Below, in pieces: positions 24,613 to 36,949 of a stretch of 64,000 nt of DNA. The notes beneath the pieces are model-generated. The model did no database searches, was not told where the DNA came from, and saw nothing but the letters and a program-made list of their open reading frames with translations. The position numbers and the translations under genes were made by a program. The DNA comes from Pristiophorus japonicus. Its lineage: Eukaryota. Numbering within the stretch: the first letter of the stretch is position 1; each line of letters starts with the position of its first letter. The stretch spans positions 4,216,001 through 4,280,000 of the forward strand of contig NC_092008.1 of assembly GCF_044704955.1 (NCBI RefSeq), given 5' to 3'.

Positions 24613-27600
24613 GACAGCGCAGCGCTCCCTCAGTACCGCCCCTCTGACAGTGCGGCGCTCCCTCAGTACTGTCCCTCCGACAGTGTGGCACTCCCTCAGT
24701 ACCGCCCCTCCGACAGTGCGGCGCTCCCTCAGTACCGCCCCTCCGACAGTGCGGCACTCCCTCAGTACCGCCCCTCCGACAGTGCGGCGCTCTCTCAGTA
24801 CCGCCCCTCCGACAGTGCGGCGCTCCCTCAGTACCGCCCCTCCGACAGTGCGGCGCTCCCTCAGTACTGCCCCTCCGACAGTGCAGCGCTCCCTCAGTAC
24901 TGTCCCTCCGACAGTGTGGCACTCCCTCAGTACCGCCCCTCCGACAGTGCGGCGCTCCCTCAGTACCGCCCCTCCGACAGTGTGGCACTCCCTCAGTACC
25001 GCCCCTCCGACAGTGCGGTGCTCCCCCAGTACCGCCCCTCCGGCAGTGTGGCACTCCCTCAGTACCGCCCCTCCGACAGTGCGGTGCTCCCCCAGTACCG
25101 CCCCTCCGACAGTGCGGTGCTCCCCCAGTACCGCCCCTCCGGCAGTGTGGCACTCCCTCAGTACCGCCCCTCCGACAGTGCGGCACTCCCTCAGTACCGC
25201 CCCTCCGACAGTGCGGCGCTCTCTCAGTACCGCCCCTCCGACAGTGCGGGGCTCCCTCAGTACCGCCCCTCCGACAGTGCGGCGCTCCCTCAGTACCGCC
25301 CCTCCGACAGTGCGGCGCTCCCTCAGTACTGCCCCTCCGACAGCGCAATGCGGTGCTCCCTCTGTACTGCACTGGGAGAGTCAGCCTAGATTTTTTGTGC
25401 TCGAGTCCGTGGAGCCTCGAACCCACAACCTTCTGACTCGGAGGCGAGAGTGGGACCCACTGAGCCACAGAGTTGTGTTCCCCCCCCCATCCCCTCCTGA
25501 CCTCCACACACGATCTGGGTCATCGTCACATTGCTGTCTGTGGCAGCTTGCTGTGCTCAAATTCAGCTGCCGCGTTTCCCACAGTGGGCGCACTTGAAAA
25601 AAATGTCCTTGATTGGCCGTGAAAAGCTTTGGGACATGCCGATGTTGTGAAAGGGGCTATCGAAATGCACGTCCGTCATTTTTACTGAATGATTGTGCCG
25701 CCCCCTGTTGTCGAATAGCCCGCTGAGATTCACCGTCTGGCGTGATGATTGGTCACTGGGTCAAGTGGCAGTGGATCAGACCCCTCGCATCAATCAGCAC
25801 GTGGGTGGGTGGGAGGGCTGGTTGAGATTAGACAGAAGCAAGGGATTCGGGGGGAAGTTGCTCTGATAACCTTGTCTGGTTTGGAGCTCTGTACGGCTGC
25901 ATCGGCTGGTGTTGAATTCACATGGGCAGCACAGCCAGGCTCTGTGATCTGTGGTGAGTCGCTGCCCCCTTGCATCAACACACTGCTGTTACAGTTCCAT
26001 ATGTGACATGGCTCATTCTGCACCAGGGTCGTATTCCCACCTGGAACTGTGACAGTGCGGGGCTCCCTCAGTACCGCCCCTCCGACAGTGCGGTGCTCCC
26101 CCAGTACCGCCCCTCCGACAGTGCGGTGCTCCCCCAGTACCGCCCCTCCGGCAGTGTGGCACTCCCTCAGTACCGCCCCTCCGACAGTGCGGCACTCCCT
26201 CAGTACCGCCCCTCCGACAGTGCGGCGCTCTCTCAGTACCGCCCCTCCGACAGTGCGGGGCTCCCTCAGTACCGCCCCTCCGACAGTGCGGCGCTCCCTC
26301 AGTACCGCCCCTCCGACAGTGCGGCGCTCCCTCAGTACTGCCCCTCCGACAGCGCAATGCGGTGCTCCCTCTGTACTGCACTGGGAGAGTCAGCCTAGAT
26401 TTTTTGTGCTCGAGTCCGTGGAGCCTCGAACCCACAACCTTCTGACTCGGAGGCGAGAGTGGGACCCACTGAGCCACAGAGTTGTGTTCCCCCCCCCATC
26501 CCCTCCTGACCTCCACACACGATCTGGGTCATCGTCACATTGCTGTCTGTGGCAGCTTGCTGTGCTCAAATTCAGCTGCCGCGTTTCCCACAGTGGGCGC
26601 ACTTGAAAAAAATGTCCTTGATTGGCCGTGAAAAGCTTTGGGACATGCCGATGTTGTGAAAGGGGCTATCGAAATGCACGTCCGTCATTTTTACTGAATG
26701 ATTGTGCCGCCCCCTGTTGTCGAATAGCCCGCTGAGATTCACCGTCTGGCGTGATGATTGGTCACTGGGTCAAGTGGCAGTGGATCAGACCCCTCGCATC
26801 AATCAGCACGTGGGTGGGTGGGAGGGCTGGTTGAGATTAGACAGAAGCAAGGGATTCGGGGGGAAGTTGCTCTGATAACCTTGTCTGGTTTGGAGCTCTG
26901 TACGGCTGCATCGGCTGGTGTTGAATTCACATGGGCAGCACAGCCAGGCTCTGTGATCTGTGGTGAGTCGCTGCCCCCTTGCATCAACACACTGCTGTTA
27001 CAGTTCCATATGTGACATGGCTCATTCTGCACCAGGGTCGTATTCCCACCTGGAACTGTGACAGTGCGGGGCTCCCTCAGTACCGCCCCTCCGACAGTGC
27101 GGTGCTCCCCCAGTACCGCCCCTCCGGCGGTGCGGCACTCCCTCAGTACCGCCCCTCCGGCAGTGCGGCGCTCCCCCAGTACCGCCCCTCCGGCAGTGCG
27201 GTGCTCCCCCAGTACCGCCCCTCCGGCAGTGCGGCGCTCCCTCAGTACCGCCCCTCCGGCAGTGCGGCGCTCCCTCAGTACCGCCCCTCCGACAGTGCGG
27301 CGCTCCCTCAGTACCGCCCCTCCGGCAGTGCGGCGCTCCCTCAGTACCGCCCCTCCGGCAGCGCGGCGCTCCCTCAGTACCGCCCCTCCGACAGTGCGGC
27401 ACTCCCTCAGTACCGCCCCTCCGACAGTGTGGCTCTCCCTCAGTACCGCCCCTCCGGCAGTGCGGCGCTCCCTCAGCACCGCCCCTCTGACAGCGCAGTA
27501 CGCGCTCCCTCAGTACCGCCCCTCCGACAGCGCAGTACGCGCTCCCTCAGTACCGCCCCTCCGACAGCGCAGTGCGGCGCTCCCTCAGTACCGCCCGTCC

Positions 27601-27858
27601 GACAGCGCAGTGCGGCGCTCCCTCAGTACCGCCCCTCCGACAGCGCAGTGCGGCGCTCCCTCAGTACCGCCGCTCCGACAGCGCAGTGCGGCGCTCCCTC
27701 AGTACCGCCCCTCCGACAGCGCAGTGCGGCGCTCCCTCAGTACTGCCCCTCCGACAGCACAGTGCGGCGCTCCCTCAGTACCGCCCCTCCGACAGCGCAG
27801 TGCGGCGCTCCCTCAGTACCGCCCCTCCGACAGCGCAGTGCGGCGCTCCCTCAGCACC
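24613..27858 (-). repeat. Three 33/38-bp SINE-derived arrays separated by two copies of a ~700-bp block (1009-bp tandem duplication)
   Basis: Identical ORF translations at 25381/26390 and 25749/26758, offset 1009. Confidence 0.9.
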
Positions 27859-28149
27859 GGGAACAGAATTTTAACTTAATTCTGCAAAGTTCCCAGTTGA
27901 TTTGGAAATTTGTGGGTTCTAGTGCAATTACAAAAAGGGGGGCACTTGATTTTAAAGTTCTATCTAAAATAGTTGTAGAGCTGTTGAGTTGGGAGGGGCT
28001 TTGCCAGTTACGTGGTGTTCGCAAGACTCAATAAAACCCCGGCCATTTGGGTTCGGGGGATGAGGCAGGTGGTTGTGAGCTTGCTGGATGAACCGGTAAT
28101 GTGTTCTGTGATTGTTAAACCTTTTGCTGATAAACCAGCTAGCTCTTAA

Positions 28150-28365
28150 TACCGTTTCCTAACTCCGCTCATTACCATTTCAATTCGGTCCACCATCCCC
28201 TTTGTTTCTCTAATCTCTCCTGCCTTCCACCCTGTCACAGACCTTCCCCTTTGTTCATTCCTTCCCTCCTCCGCTTTCCGCACTGCTCAAGAATCCGTAC
28301 TTTCCCGAACATTTGCCAGTCCTGACGGAAGGGTCGTCAACCCGAAACGTGAACTCTGTGTCTGT
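28150..28365 (+). mobile_element. Penelope-like element terminal (pLTR) fragment
   Basis: ctgacggaagggtcgtcaacccgaaacgtgaactctg resembles the PLE end carrying a hammerhead core. Confidence 0.55.
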
Positions 28366-28589
28366 CTCTCTCTCTCTCCCCCCGCCGGCGCCGCCCTGTA
28401 CGACGGGCTCTACGAACCCGGGAGCGCGCTCACAGGCGCTCAACGTCGCCTGCTGGCGATGGGGCGGGGGCGCGATTCTCCGCTAACGCTCCCCGCTTAC
28501 ACAGACCCTGGACTGGTTCCCCCTCGCTCCCCACTTTCAGCAACAAAAAATTCCTTCACCTTCTCACTTTGATTTTCTCCACTCCGACA

Positions 28590-29125
28590 AAATAAATGTA
28601 TATGTTATATGTCTATATAATCTATATACATAAATATATTATAGAAAATAAATCTATATGTTATATGCCTATATAATCTATATACATAAATATATTATAG
28701 AAAATAAATCTATATGTTATATGCCTATATAATCTATATACATAAATATATTATAGAAAATAAATGTATATGTTATATGCCTATATAATCTATATACATA
28801 AATATATTATAGAAAATAAATCTATATGTTATATGCCTATATAATCTATATACATAAATATATTATAGAAAATAAATGTATATGTTATATGTCTATATAA
28901 TCTATATACATAAATATATTATAGAAAATAAATCTATATGTTATATGTCTATATAATCTATATACATAAATATATTATAGAAAATAAATCTATATGTTAT
29001 ATGCCTATATAATCTATATACATAAATATATTATTGAAAATAAATGTATATGTTATATGCCTATATAATCTATATACATAAATATATTATAGAAAATAAA
29101 TCTATATGTTATATGCCTATATAAT
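28590..29125. repeat. AT-rich 56-bp minisatellite
   Basis: Unit aaaataaatctatatgttatatgcctatataatctatatacataaatatattatag, about 9.5 copies; related degenerate sequence at 31081-31250. Confidence 0.92.
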
Positions 29126-31080
29126 AGAAACATAGAAACATAGAAAATAGGTGCAGGAGTAGGCCATTCAGCCCTTCTAGCCTGCACCGCCATTCAATGA
29201 GTTCATGGCTGAACATTCAACTTCAGTACCCCATTCCTGCTTTCTCGCCATACCCCTTGATCCCCCTAGCAGTAAGGACCTCATCTAACTCCTTTTTGAA
29301 TATATTTAGTGAATTGGCCTCAACAACTTTCTGTGGTAGAGAATTCCACAGGTTCACCACTCTCTGGGTGAAGAAGTTCCTCCGCATCTCGGTCCTAAAT
29401 GGCTTACCCCTTATCCTTAGACTGTGACCCCTGGTTCTGGACTTCCCCAACATTGGGAACATTCTTCCTGCATCTAGCCTGTCTAACCCCGTCAGAATTT
29501 TATATGTTTCTATGAGATCCCCTCTCATTCTTCTGAACTCCAGTGAATACAAGCCCAGTTGATCCAGTCTTTCTTGATAGGTCAGTCCCGCCATCCCGGG
29601 AATCAGTCTGGTGAACCTTCGCTGCACTCCCTCAATAGCAAGAATGTCCTTCCTCAGGTTAGGAGACCAAAACTGTACACAATACTCCAAGTGTGGCCTC
29701 ACCAATGCCCTGTACAACTGTAGCAACACCTCCCTGCCCCTGTACTCAAATCCCCTTGCTATGAAGGCCAACATGCCATTTGCTTTCTTAACCGCCTGCT
29801 GCACCTGCATGCCAACCTTCAATGACTGATGTACCATGACACCCAGGTCTCTTTGCACCTCCCCTTTTCCTAATCTGTCACCATTCAGATAATAGTCTGT
29901 CTCTCTGTTTTTACCACCAAAGTGGATAACCTCACATTTATCCACATCATACTTCATCTGCCATGCATTTGCCCACTCACCTAACCTATCCAAGTCGCTC
30001 TGCAGCCTCACAGCATCCTCCTCGCAGCTCACACTGCCACCCAACTTAGTGTCATCCGCAAATTTGGAGATACTACATTTAATCCCCTCATCTAAATCAT
30101 TAATGTACAGTGTAAACAGCTGGGGCCCCAGCACAGAACCTTGCGGTACCCCACTAGTCACTGCCTGCCATTCTGAAAAGTACCCATTTACTCCTACTCT
30201 TTGCTTCCTGTCTGACAACCAGTTCTCAATCCATGTCAGTACACTACCCCCAATCCCATGTGCTCTAACTTTGCACATTAATCTCTTGTGTGGGACCTTG
30301 TCGAACGCCTTCTGAAAGTCCAAATATACCACATCAACTGGTTCTCCCTTGTCCACTCTACTGGAAACATCCTCAAAAAATTCCAGAAGATTTGTCAAGC
30401 ATGATTTCCCTTTCACAAATCCATGCTGACTTGGACCTATCATGTCACCTCTTTCCAAATGCGCTGCTATGACATCCTTAATAATTGATTCCATCATTTT
30501 ACCCACTACTGAGGTCAGGCTGACCGGTCTATAATTCCTGTTTTCTCTCTCCCTCCTTTTTTAAAAAGTGGGGTTACATTGGCTACCCTCCACTCCATAG
30601 GAACTGATCCAGAGTCAATGGAATGTTGGAAAATGACTGTCAACGCATCCGCTATTTCCAAGGCCACCTCCTTAAGTACTCTGGGATGCAGTCCATCAGG
30701 CCCTGGGGATTTATCGGCCTTCAATCCCATCAATTTCCCCAACACAATTTCCCGGCTAATAAGGATTTCCCTCAGTTCCTCCTCCTTACTCGACCCTCTG
30801 ACCCCTTTTATATCCGGAAGGTTGTTTGTGTCCTCCTCAGTGAATACCGAACCAAAGTACTTGTTCAATTGGTCCGCCATTTCTTTGTTCCCCGTTATGA
30901 CTTTCCCTGATTCTGACTGCAGGGGACCTACGTTTGTCTTTACTAACCTCTTTCTCTTTACATACCTATAGAAACTTTTGCAATCCGCCTTAATGTTCCC
31001 TGCAAGCTTCTTCTCGTACTCCATTTTCCCTACCCTAATCAAACCCTTTGTCCTCCTCTGCTGAGTTCTAAATTTCTCCA
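29125..31080 (-). mobile_element. Young 5'-truncated CR1 LINE (RT domain, one frameshift) inserted in the AT-rich satellite
   Basis: 427-aa ORF 29223-30506 with the RT motifs (QHGF, YLDFQKAFD, GVPQGS, FADD); (gaaacata)n tail. Confidence 0.93.
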
Positions 31081-31279
31081 TAAGTAAAAATATGGAAAAT
31101 AAATGTAAATATGATATATATAATGTATATAAATAAATATATTATATAAATTACATCTATATATCTCAGGTCTATATAATCTATATAAATAAATAGCTGA
31201 TGTAACACAAATATATCATTTATATAAATCTATAGATTGTGGAAAATAAATCTCCCCTTTCCCCTTGAACAATCCCCCC

Positions 31280-31745
31280 TGCGCTCTGATTGGTGGAAGC
31301 CAGGGGGAGGGAGCGCCGCACTGTGATTGGTGGAGAGCTGGTGAGCGGCGCTCTGATTGGTGGAAGCCAGGGGGGAGGGAGCGCCGCACTGTGATTGGTG
31401 GAGAGCTGGTGAGCGGAGCGTTGATTGGTGGAAGCCAGGGGGGGAGGGAGCGCCGCACTGTGATTGGTGGAGAGCTGGTGAGCGGCGCGTTGATTGGTGG
31501 AAGCCAGGGGGGAGGGAGCGCCGCGCTGTGATTGGTCCTGCTGCAGGCGGCTGCCGTCTGATTGGTGCGTGGGGTGGGGGGGTGGTGGCCGCGTCGTGCC
31601 ATTGGCTGGCCGGGGGTCCACGTGGGTCTGGGAGTGCGGGGGGGGGGGGCTGGTCGATTGGTGGACGGTCCTGATTGGCTGTAATGGGGAAAGGGGGCGA
31701 AGGAGGGGAGCGCTGTGATTGGCGGAGAGCGGGAGGCGGGGCAGA
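31280..31745 (+). promoter_or_regulatory. HSD17B10 promoter with 13 inverted CCAAT (ATTGG) boxes, an E-box and GC-rich sequence
   Basis: ATTGG at 31289, 31326, 31356, 31394, 31424, 31463, 31493, 31531, 31561, 31601, 31657, 31674, 31718; CACGTG 31619-31624; directly upstream of ATG 31753. Confidence 0.7.
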
Positions 31746-31752
31746 GAGGGAG

Positions 31753-31776
31753 ATGGCGGCGGTGCGCTCGGTGTCG
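31753..31776 (+). CDS. HSD17B10: 3-hydroxyacyl-CoA dehydrogenase type-2 (HSD10/MRPP2), exon 1
   Basis: MAAVRSVS followed by donor gtgaga; resembles human exon 1 MAAACRSVK, phase 0. Confidence 0.8.
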
Positions 31777-31934
31777 GTGAGAAGCGAACCCCCGGGGGGG
31801 GGGGACCCTAAATCCCGGGGTCACAGGGTCAGGGGGCAAAGGGCAGCTCACCCACCCACCCGGGGAACCTTCCAGAAGGAATTCCTTCCTTTCTCGGTTT
31901 AACTTCTCCCCTTCCCCTTAAATACAGTGAGTTG

Positions 31935-33225
31935 GTACAGTCCAACCCCCCTCCCCCTCCCCCGGGGGTCCGTGGTGGGTCACCCCCAATCCCCCCCTCC
32001 CTTGGTCCCCGTGGTGTTGGTACGGTCCAATCCCCCCCTCCCCCGGGGGTCCGTGGTGTTGGTAAGGTCCAATCCCCCCCTCCCTTGGTCCCCGTGGTGT
32101 TGGTACGGTCCAATCCCCCCCTCCCTCGGTCCCCGTGGTGTTGGTACGGTCCAATCCCCCCCCTCCCCCGGGGGTCCGTGGTGGGTCACCCCCAATCCCC
32201 CCCCTCCCTCGGCCCCCGTGGTGTTGGTATGGTCCAATCCCCCCCCTCCCTCGGTCCCCGTGGTGGGTCACCCCCAATCCCCCCCTCCCTCGGCCCCCGT
32301 GGTGTTGGAGCGGTCCAATCCCCCCCTCCCTCAGTCCCCGTGGTGTTGGTACGGTCCAATCCCCCCCTCCCTCGGTCCCCGTGGTGTTGGTACGGTCCAA
32401 TCCCCCCCTCCCTCGATCCCCGTGTTGTTGGTACACCCCCAATCCCCCACTCCCTCGGTCCCCGTGGTGTTGGTACACCCCCAATCCCCCCCTCCCTCGG
32501 TCCCCGTAGTGGGTCGCCCCCAATCAATCCCCCCCTCCCTCGGTCCCCGTGGTGTTGGTACACCCCCAATCCCCCCCTCCCTCGGTCCCCGTGGTGTTGG
32601 TACACCCCCAATCCCCCCCTCCCTCGGTCCCCGTGGTGTTGGTACACCCCCAATCCCCCCCCTCCCTCGGTCCCCGTGGTGTTGGTGCGGTCCAATCCCC
32701 CCCCCCCTCGGTCCCCGTGGTGTTGGTACACCCCCAATCCCCCCCTCCCTCGGTCCCCGTAGTGGGTCGCCCCCAATTCCCCCCTCCCTTGGTCCCCGTG
32801 GTGTTGGTACACCCCCAATCCCCCCCTCCCTCGGTCCCCGTGGTGTTGGTACACCCCCAATCCCCCCCTCCCTCGGTCCCCGTAGTGGGTTGCCCCCAAT
32901 CCCCCCCTCCCTCGGTCCCCGTGGTGTTGGTACACCCCCAATCCCCCCCCCTCCCTCGGTCCCCGTGGTGTTGGTACACCCCCAATCCCCCCCTCCCTCG
33001 GTCCCCGTGGTGTTGGTACACCCCCAATCCCCCCCTCCCTCGGTCCCCGTGGTGTTGGTACACCCCCAATCCCCCCCCCTCCCTCGGTCCCCGTGGTGTT
33101 GGTACACCCCCAATCCCCCCCCTCCCTCGGTCCCCGTGGTGTTGGTACACCCCCAATCCCCCCCCTCCCTCGGTCCCCGTGGTGTTGGTACACCCCCAAT
33201 CCCCCCCCCCTCCCTCCCTCCCTCG
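31935..33225. repeat. ~42-bp C-rich minisatellite filling HSD17B10 intron 1
   Basis: Unit ccctcggtccccgtggtgttggtacacccccaatccccccct. Confidence 0.9.
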
Positions 33226-33319
33226 GTCGATCGCCCCGCTGCGGTTTTGTGAATGAAACGTTAACACTCGGTGCCTGATGTGTGTTGTGTGTTTTTTTCC
33301 CCCCCCCTCCCCCCGGCAG

Positions 33320-33483
33320 GGTTTGGTGGGCCTGGTAACCGGCGGGGCCTCGGGGCTGGGCCGGGCCACAGCCGAGCGACTGGTGCAGCAAGGAGCCAGC
33401 GCCGTGATCCTCGACCTGCCCACGTCCGACGGGGCCAGTGTGGCCAAGGCACTGGGCGAGCGATGTGCCTTCGCACCAGCGAC
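33320..33483 (+). CDS. HSD17B10: HSD17B10 exon 2 (164 nt; 1 nt short of frame)
   Basis: cag|[40 protein letters not shown]-ac|gtaagg; Rossmann TGGASGLG motif. Confidence 0.92.
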
Positions 33484-33554
33484 GTAAGGACACGGAGTGT
33501 GGGGGAGCGCAGAACAGCGCTACTTGGTCGTACAGACTGAAAGTCGGAGCAGGA

Positions 33555-34895
33555 GGAGGCCTTTCAGCATGGTTATCTGAAAGGGAAATCACATTTGACA
33601 AATTTGCTGGAGTTCTTTGAGGATGTAACGGACAGGGTGGATAAGGGGGAACCAGTGGATGTGGTGTATTTGGATTTCCAGAAGGCATTTGACAAGGTGC
33701 CACATGAAAGGTTACCGCACAAGATAAAAGTTCACGGGGTTGGGGGGTAATATATTAGCATGGGTAGAGGATTGGCTAACGAACAGAAAGTCGGGATAAA
33801 TGGTTCATTTTCCAATTGGCAAATGACAATAGTGGGGTGCCACAGGGATCGGTGCTGGGGCCCCAACTATTTACAATCTATAGTAATAAGTTGGATGAAG
33901 GGACGGAGTGTAATGCAGCCAAGTTTGCTGACTATACAAAGATAGGTGGGAGAGCAACGTGTGAGGCGGACACACAAAATCTGCAAAAGGATAGAGACAG
34001 GCTCAGTGAGTGGGCAAACATTTGGCAGATGGAGTATAATGTTGGAAAGTGTGAGATTTGGTTGGAAAAATCAAAGAGCAAGTTATTATTTAAATGGAGA
34101 AAGATTGCAAAGTGCCGCAGTACAGCGGGACCTGGGGGTTACTTGTGCATGAAACACAAAAGGTTAGTGTGCAGGTACAGCAAGTGATCAGGAAGGCCAG
34201 TGGTATCTTGGCCTTTGTTGCAAAGGGGATGGAGTATAAAAGCAGGGAAGTCTTGCTCCAGTTATACAGGGTATTGGTGAGGCCACACCTGGAGTACTGC
34301 GTGCAGTTTTGGTCCCTCAGTACCGCCCCTCCGACAGTGCGGGGCTCCCTCAGTACCGCCCCTCCGACAGTGCGGCGCTCCCTCAGTACCGCCCCTCCGA
34401 CAGTGCGGCACTCCCTCAGTACCGCCCCTCCGACAGTGCGGCGCTCCCTCAGTACCGCCCCTCCGACAGTGCGGCGCTCCCTCAGTACCACCCCTCCTAC
34501 AGTGCGGCGCTTCCTCAGTTCCGACAGTGCGGCGCTCCTCAGTACCGCCCCTCGGACAGTGCGGCGCTCCCTCCGTACCGCCCCTCGGACAGTGCGGCGC
34601 TCCCTCAGTACCGCCCCTCCGACAGTGCGGTGCTCCCTCAGTACTGCCCCTCCGACAGTGAGGCGCTCCCTCAGTACTGCCCCTCCGACAGTGCGGGGCT
34701 CCCTCAGTACTGCCCCTCCGACAGTGCGGCGCTCCCTCCGTACCGCCCCTCCGACAGTGCGGGGCTCCCTCAGTACCGCCCCTCCGACAGTGAGGCGCTC
34801 CCTCAGTACTGCCCCTCCGACAGTGAGGCGCTCCCTCAGTACTGCCCCTCCGACAGTGCGGCGCTCCCTCAGTACCGCCCCTCCAACAGTGCATC
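33555..34895. mobile_element. CR1 RT fragment (+, 33555-34315) joined directly to a 33-bp SINE-derived array (34313-34895)
   Basis: [20 protein letters not shown] followed by repeat units. Confidence 0.85.
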
Positions 34896-34928
34896 TCGAC
34901 CTCATTCTCCTGCTTCTCTCCCCCTCAG

Positions 34929-35093
34929 GTCACCTCGGAGTCGGACGTTAAGAGCGCTGTAGCCCTGGCGAGGGAGAAGTTTGGACGCCTGGACATCGCG
35001 GTGAACTGCGCTGGGATCGCAGTGGCCGCCAAGACCTACAACTTCAAGAAGGAGATCATGCACAATCTCGAAGACTTTCAGAGAGTGATCCTC
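34929..35093 (+). CDS. HSD17B10: HSD17B10 exon 3
   Basis: cag|[55 protein letters not shown]|gtaagc, 165 nt; this frame is absent from the ORF track. Confidence 0.94.
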
Positions 35094-35109
35094 GTAAGCA
35101 CTGACCAAT

Positions 35110-36200
35110 CGGCAGGGTGGGATTAGACTGGGTGGGATATTAAAGGGGGGAGAGTGGGATTAGACTGGGTGGGATATTAAAGGGGGAGTGAGGGGGAGAG
35201 GGGGATTAGACTGGGTGGGATATTAAAGGGGGAGAGGGGGATTAGACTGGGTGGGATATTAAAGGGGAGAGTGGGATTAGACTGTGTGGGATATTAAAGG
35301 GGAAGTGAGGGGGAGAGGGGGATTAGACTGGGTGGGATATTAAAGGGGGAGTGAGGGGGAGAGGGGGATTAGACTGGGTGGGATATTAAAGGGGGAGAGG
35401 GGGATTAGACTGGGTGGGATATTAAAGGGGAGAGTGGGATTAGACTGTGTGGGATATTAAAGGGGGGAGTGAGGGGGAGAGTGAGATTAGACTGGGTGGG
35501 ATATTAAAGGGGGAGAGTGGGATTAGACTTGGTGGGATATTAAAGGGTGCAGGGAGTGAGAGGGAGAGTGGGATTAGACTGGGTGGGTTATTAAAGGGGG
35601 AAGTGAGGGGGAGAGTGGGATTAGACTGGGTGGGATATTAAAGGGGAGAGTGAGGGGGAGAGGGGGATTAGACTGGGTGGGATATTAAAGGGGGGAGTGA
35701 GGGGGAGAGTGGGATTAGACTGGGTGGGATATTAAAGGGGAGAGTGGGATTAGACTGGGTGGGATATTAAAGGGGAGAGTGGGATTAGACTGGGTGGGAT
35801 ATTAAAGGGGGAGAGTGGGATTAGACTGGGTGGGATATTAAAGGGGAGAGTGGGATTAGACTGGGTGGGATATTAAAGGGGAGAGTGGGATTAGACTGGG
35901 TGGGATATTAAAGGGGGAGAGTGGGATTAGACTTGGTGGGATATTAAAGGGTGCAGGGAGTGAGAGGGAGAGTGGGATTAGACTGGGTGGGTTATTAAAG
36001 GGGGGAGAGTGGGATTAGACTGGGTGGGATATTAAAGGGGAGAGTGAGGGGGAGAGGGGGATTAGACTGGGTGGGATATTAAAGGGGGGAGTGAGGGGGA
36101 GAGTGGGATTAGACTGGGTGGGATATTAAAGGGGGGAGTGGGATTAGACTGGGTGGGATATTAAAGGGGGGGGAGTGAGGGGAGAATGGGATTAGATTGG
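35110..36200. repeat. G-rich 35-46-bp minisatellite filling HSD17B10 intron 3
   Basis: Unit gggattagactgggtgggatattaaaggggagagt with or without gagggggaga. Confidence 0.9.
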
Positions 36201-36212
36201 TTTCACTGACTG

Positions 36213-36251
<39 letters not shown>

Positions 36252-36271
36252 CCCCCCCCCCATCCCGGCAG

Positions 36272-36400
36272 GTGAACATCGCGGGAACCTTCAACGTGAT
36301 CCGAATTGCGGCGGGCGAGATGGGAAAGAATGAGCCTAACGCGGACGGTCAGAGGGGCGTTGTGATCAACACCGCGAGCATTGCGGCCTACGACGGACAG
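36272..36400 (+). CDS. HSD17B10: HSD17B10 exon 4
   Basis: cag|[43 protein letters not shown]|gtagtt, 129 nt. Confidence 0.95.
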
Positions 36401-36949
36401 GTAGTTACCCGAACAGCCAGAACAGAAGTACATCAGGAATAGGAGCAGGAGTCGGCCATTCAGCCCCTCGAGCCTGCTCCCCCATTTAATACGACCATGG
36501 CTGATCCGATCATGGACTCGGCTCCACTTCCCTGCCCGCCCCCTTATCCCCTTATCGGTTAAGAAACTGTCTATCTCTGTCTTAAATATATTCAATGTCC
36601 CGGCTTCCACAGCTCTCTGAGGCAGCGAATTCCACAGATTTACAACCCGCTGAGAGAAAAAATTCCTCCTCATCTCAGTTTTAAATGGGCGGCACCTTAT
36701 TCTAAGACCATGTCCCCTAGTTCTAGTCTCCCCCATCAGGGGAAACATCCTCTCTACATCCACCTTGTCAAGCCCCCCTCATAATCTTATACGTTCCGAT
36801 AAGATCACCTCTCATTCTTCTGAACTCCAATGAGTAGAGGCCCAACCTACTCAACCTTTCCTCATAAGTCAACCCCTCATCCCCGGAATCAACCGAGTGA
36901 ACCTTCTGTGAACTGCCTCCAAAGCAAGTATATCCTTTCGTAAATATGG

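Noticed and set aside
15705-28034. ORFs with [11 protein letters not shown] / PQYRPSDSAAL repeats resembling mucins or antifreeze proteins
   Set aside because: The 33-bp SINE-derived unit is open in several frames on both strands, with no splice or gene context
5847-31750. let-7/miR-98 cluster, expected from synteny near WNT7B or HSD17B10-HUWE1
   Set aside because: No tgaggtagtag or its reverse complement was noticed on reading; the N runs cannot be assessed
31918-33703. Long Pro/Gly-rich ORFs
   Set aside because: Translations of the 42-bp intronic minisatellite
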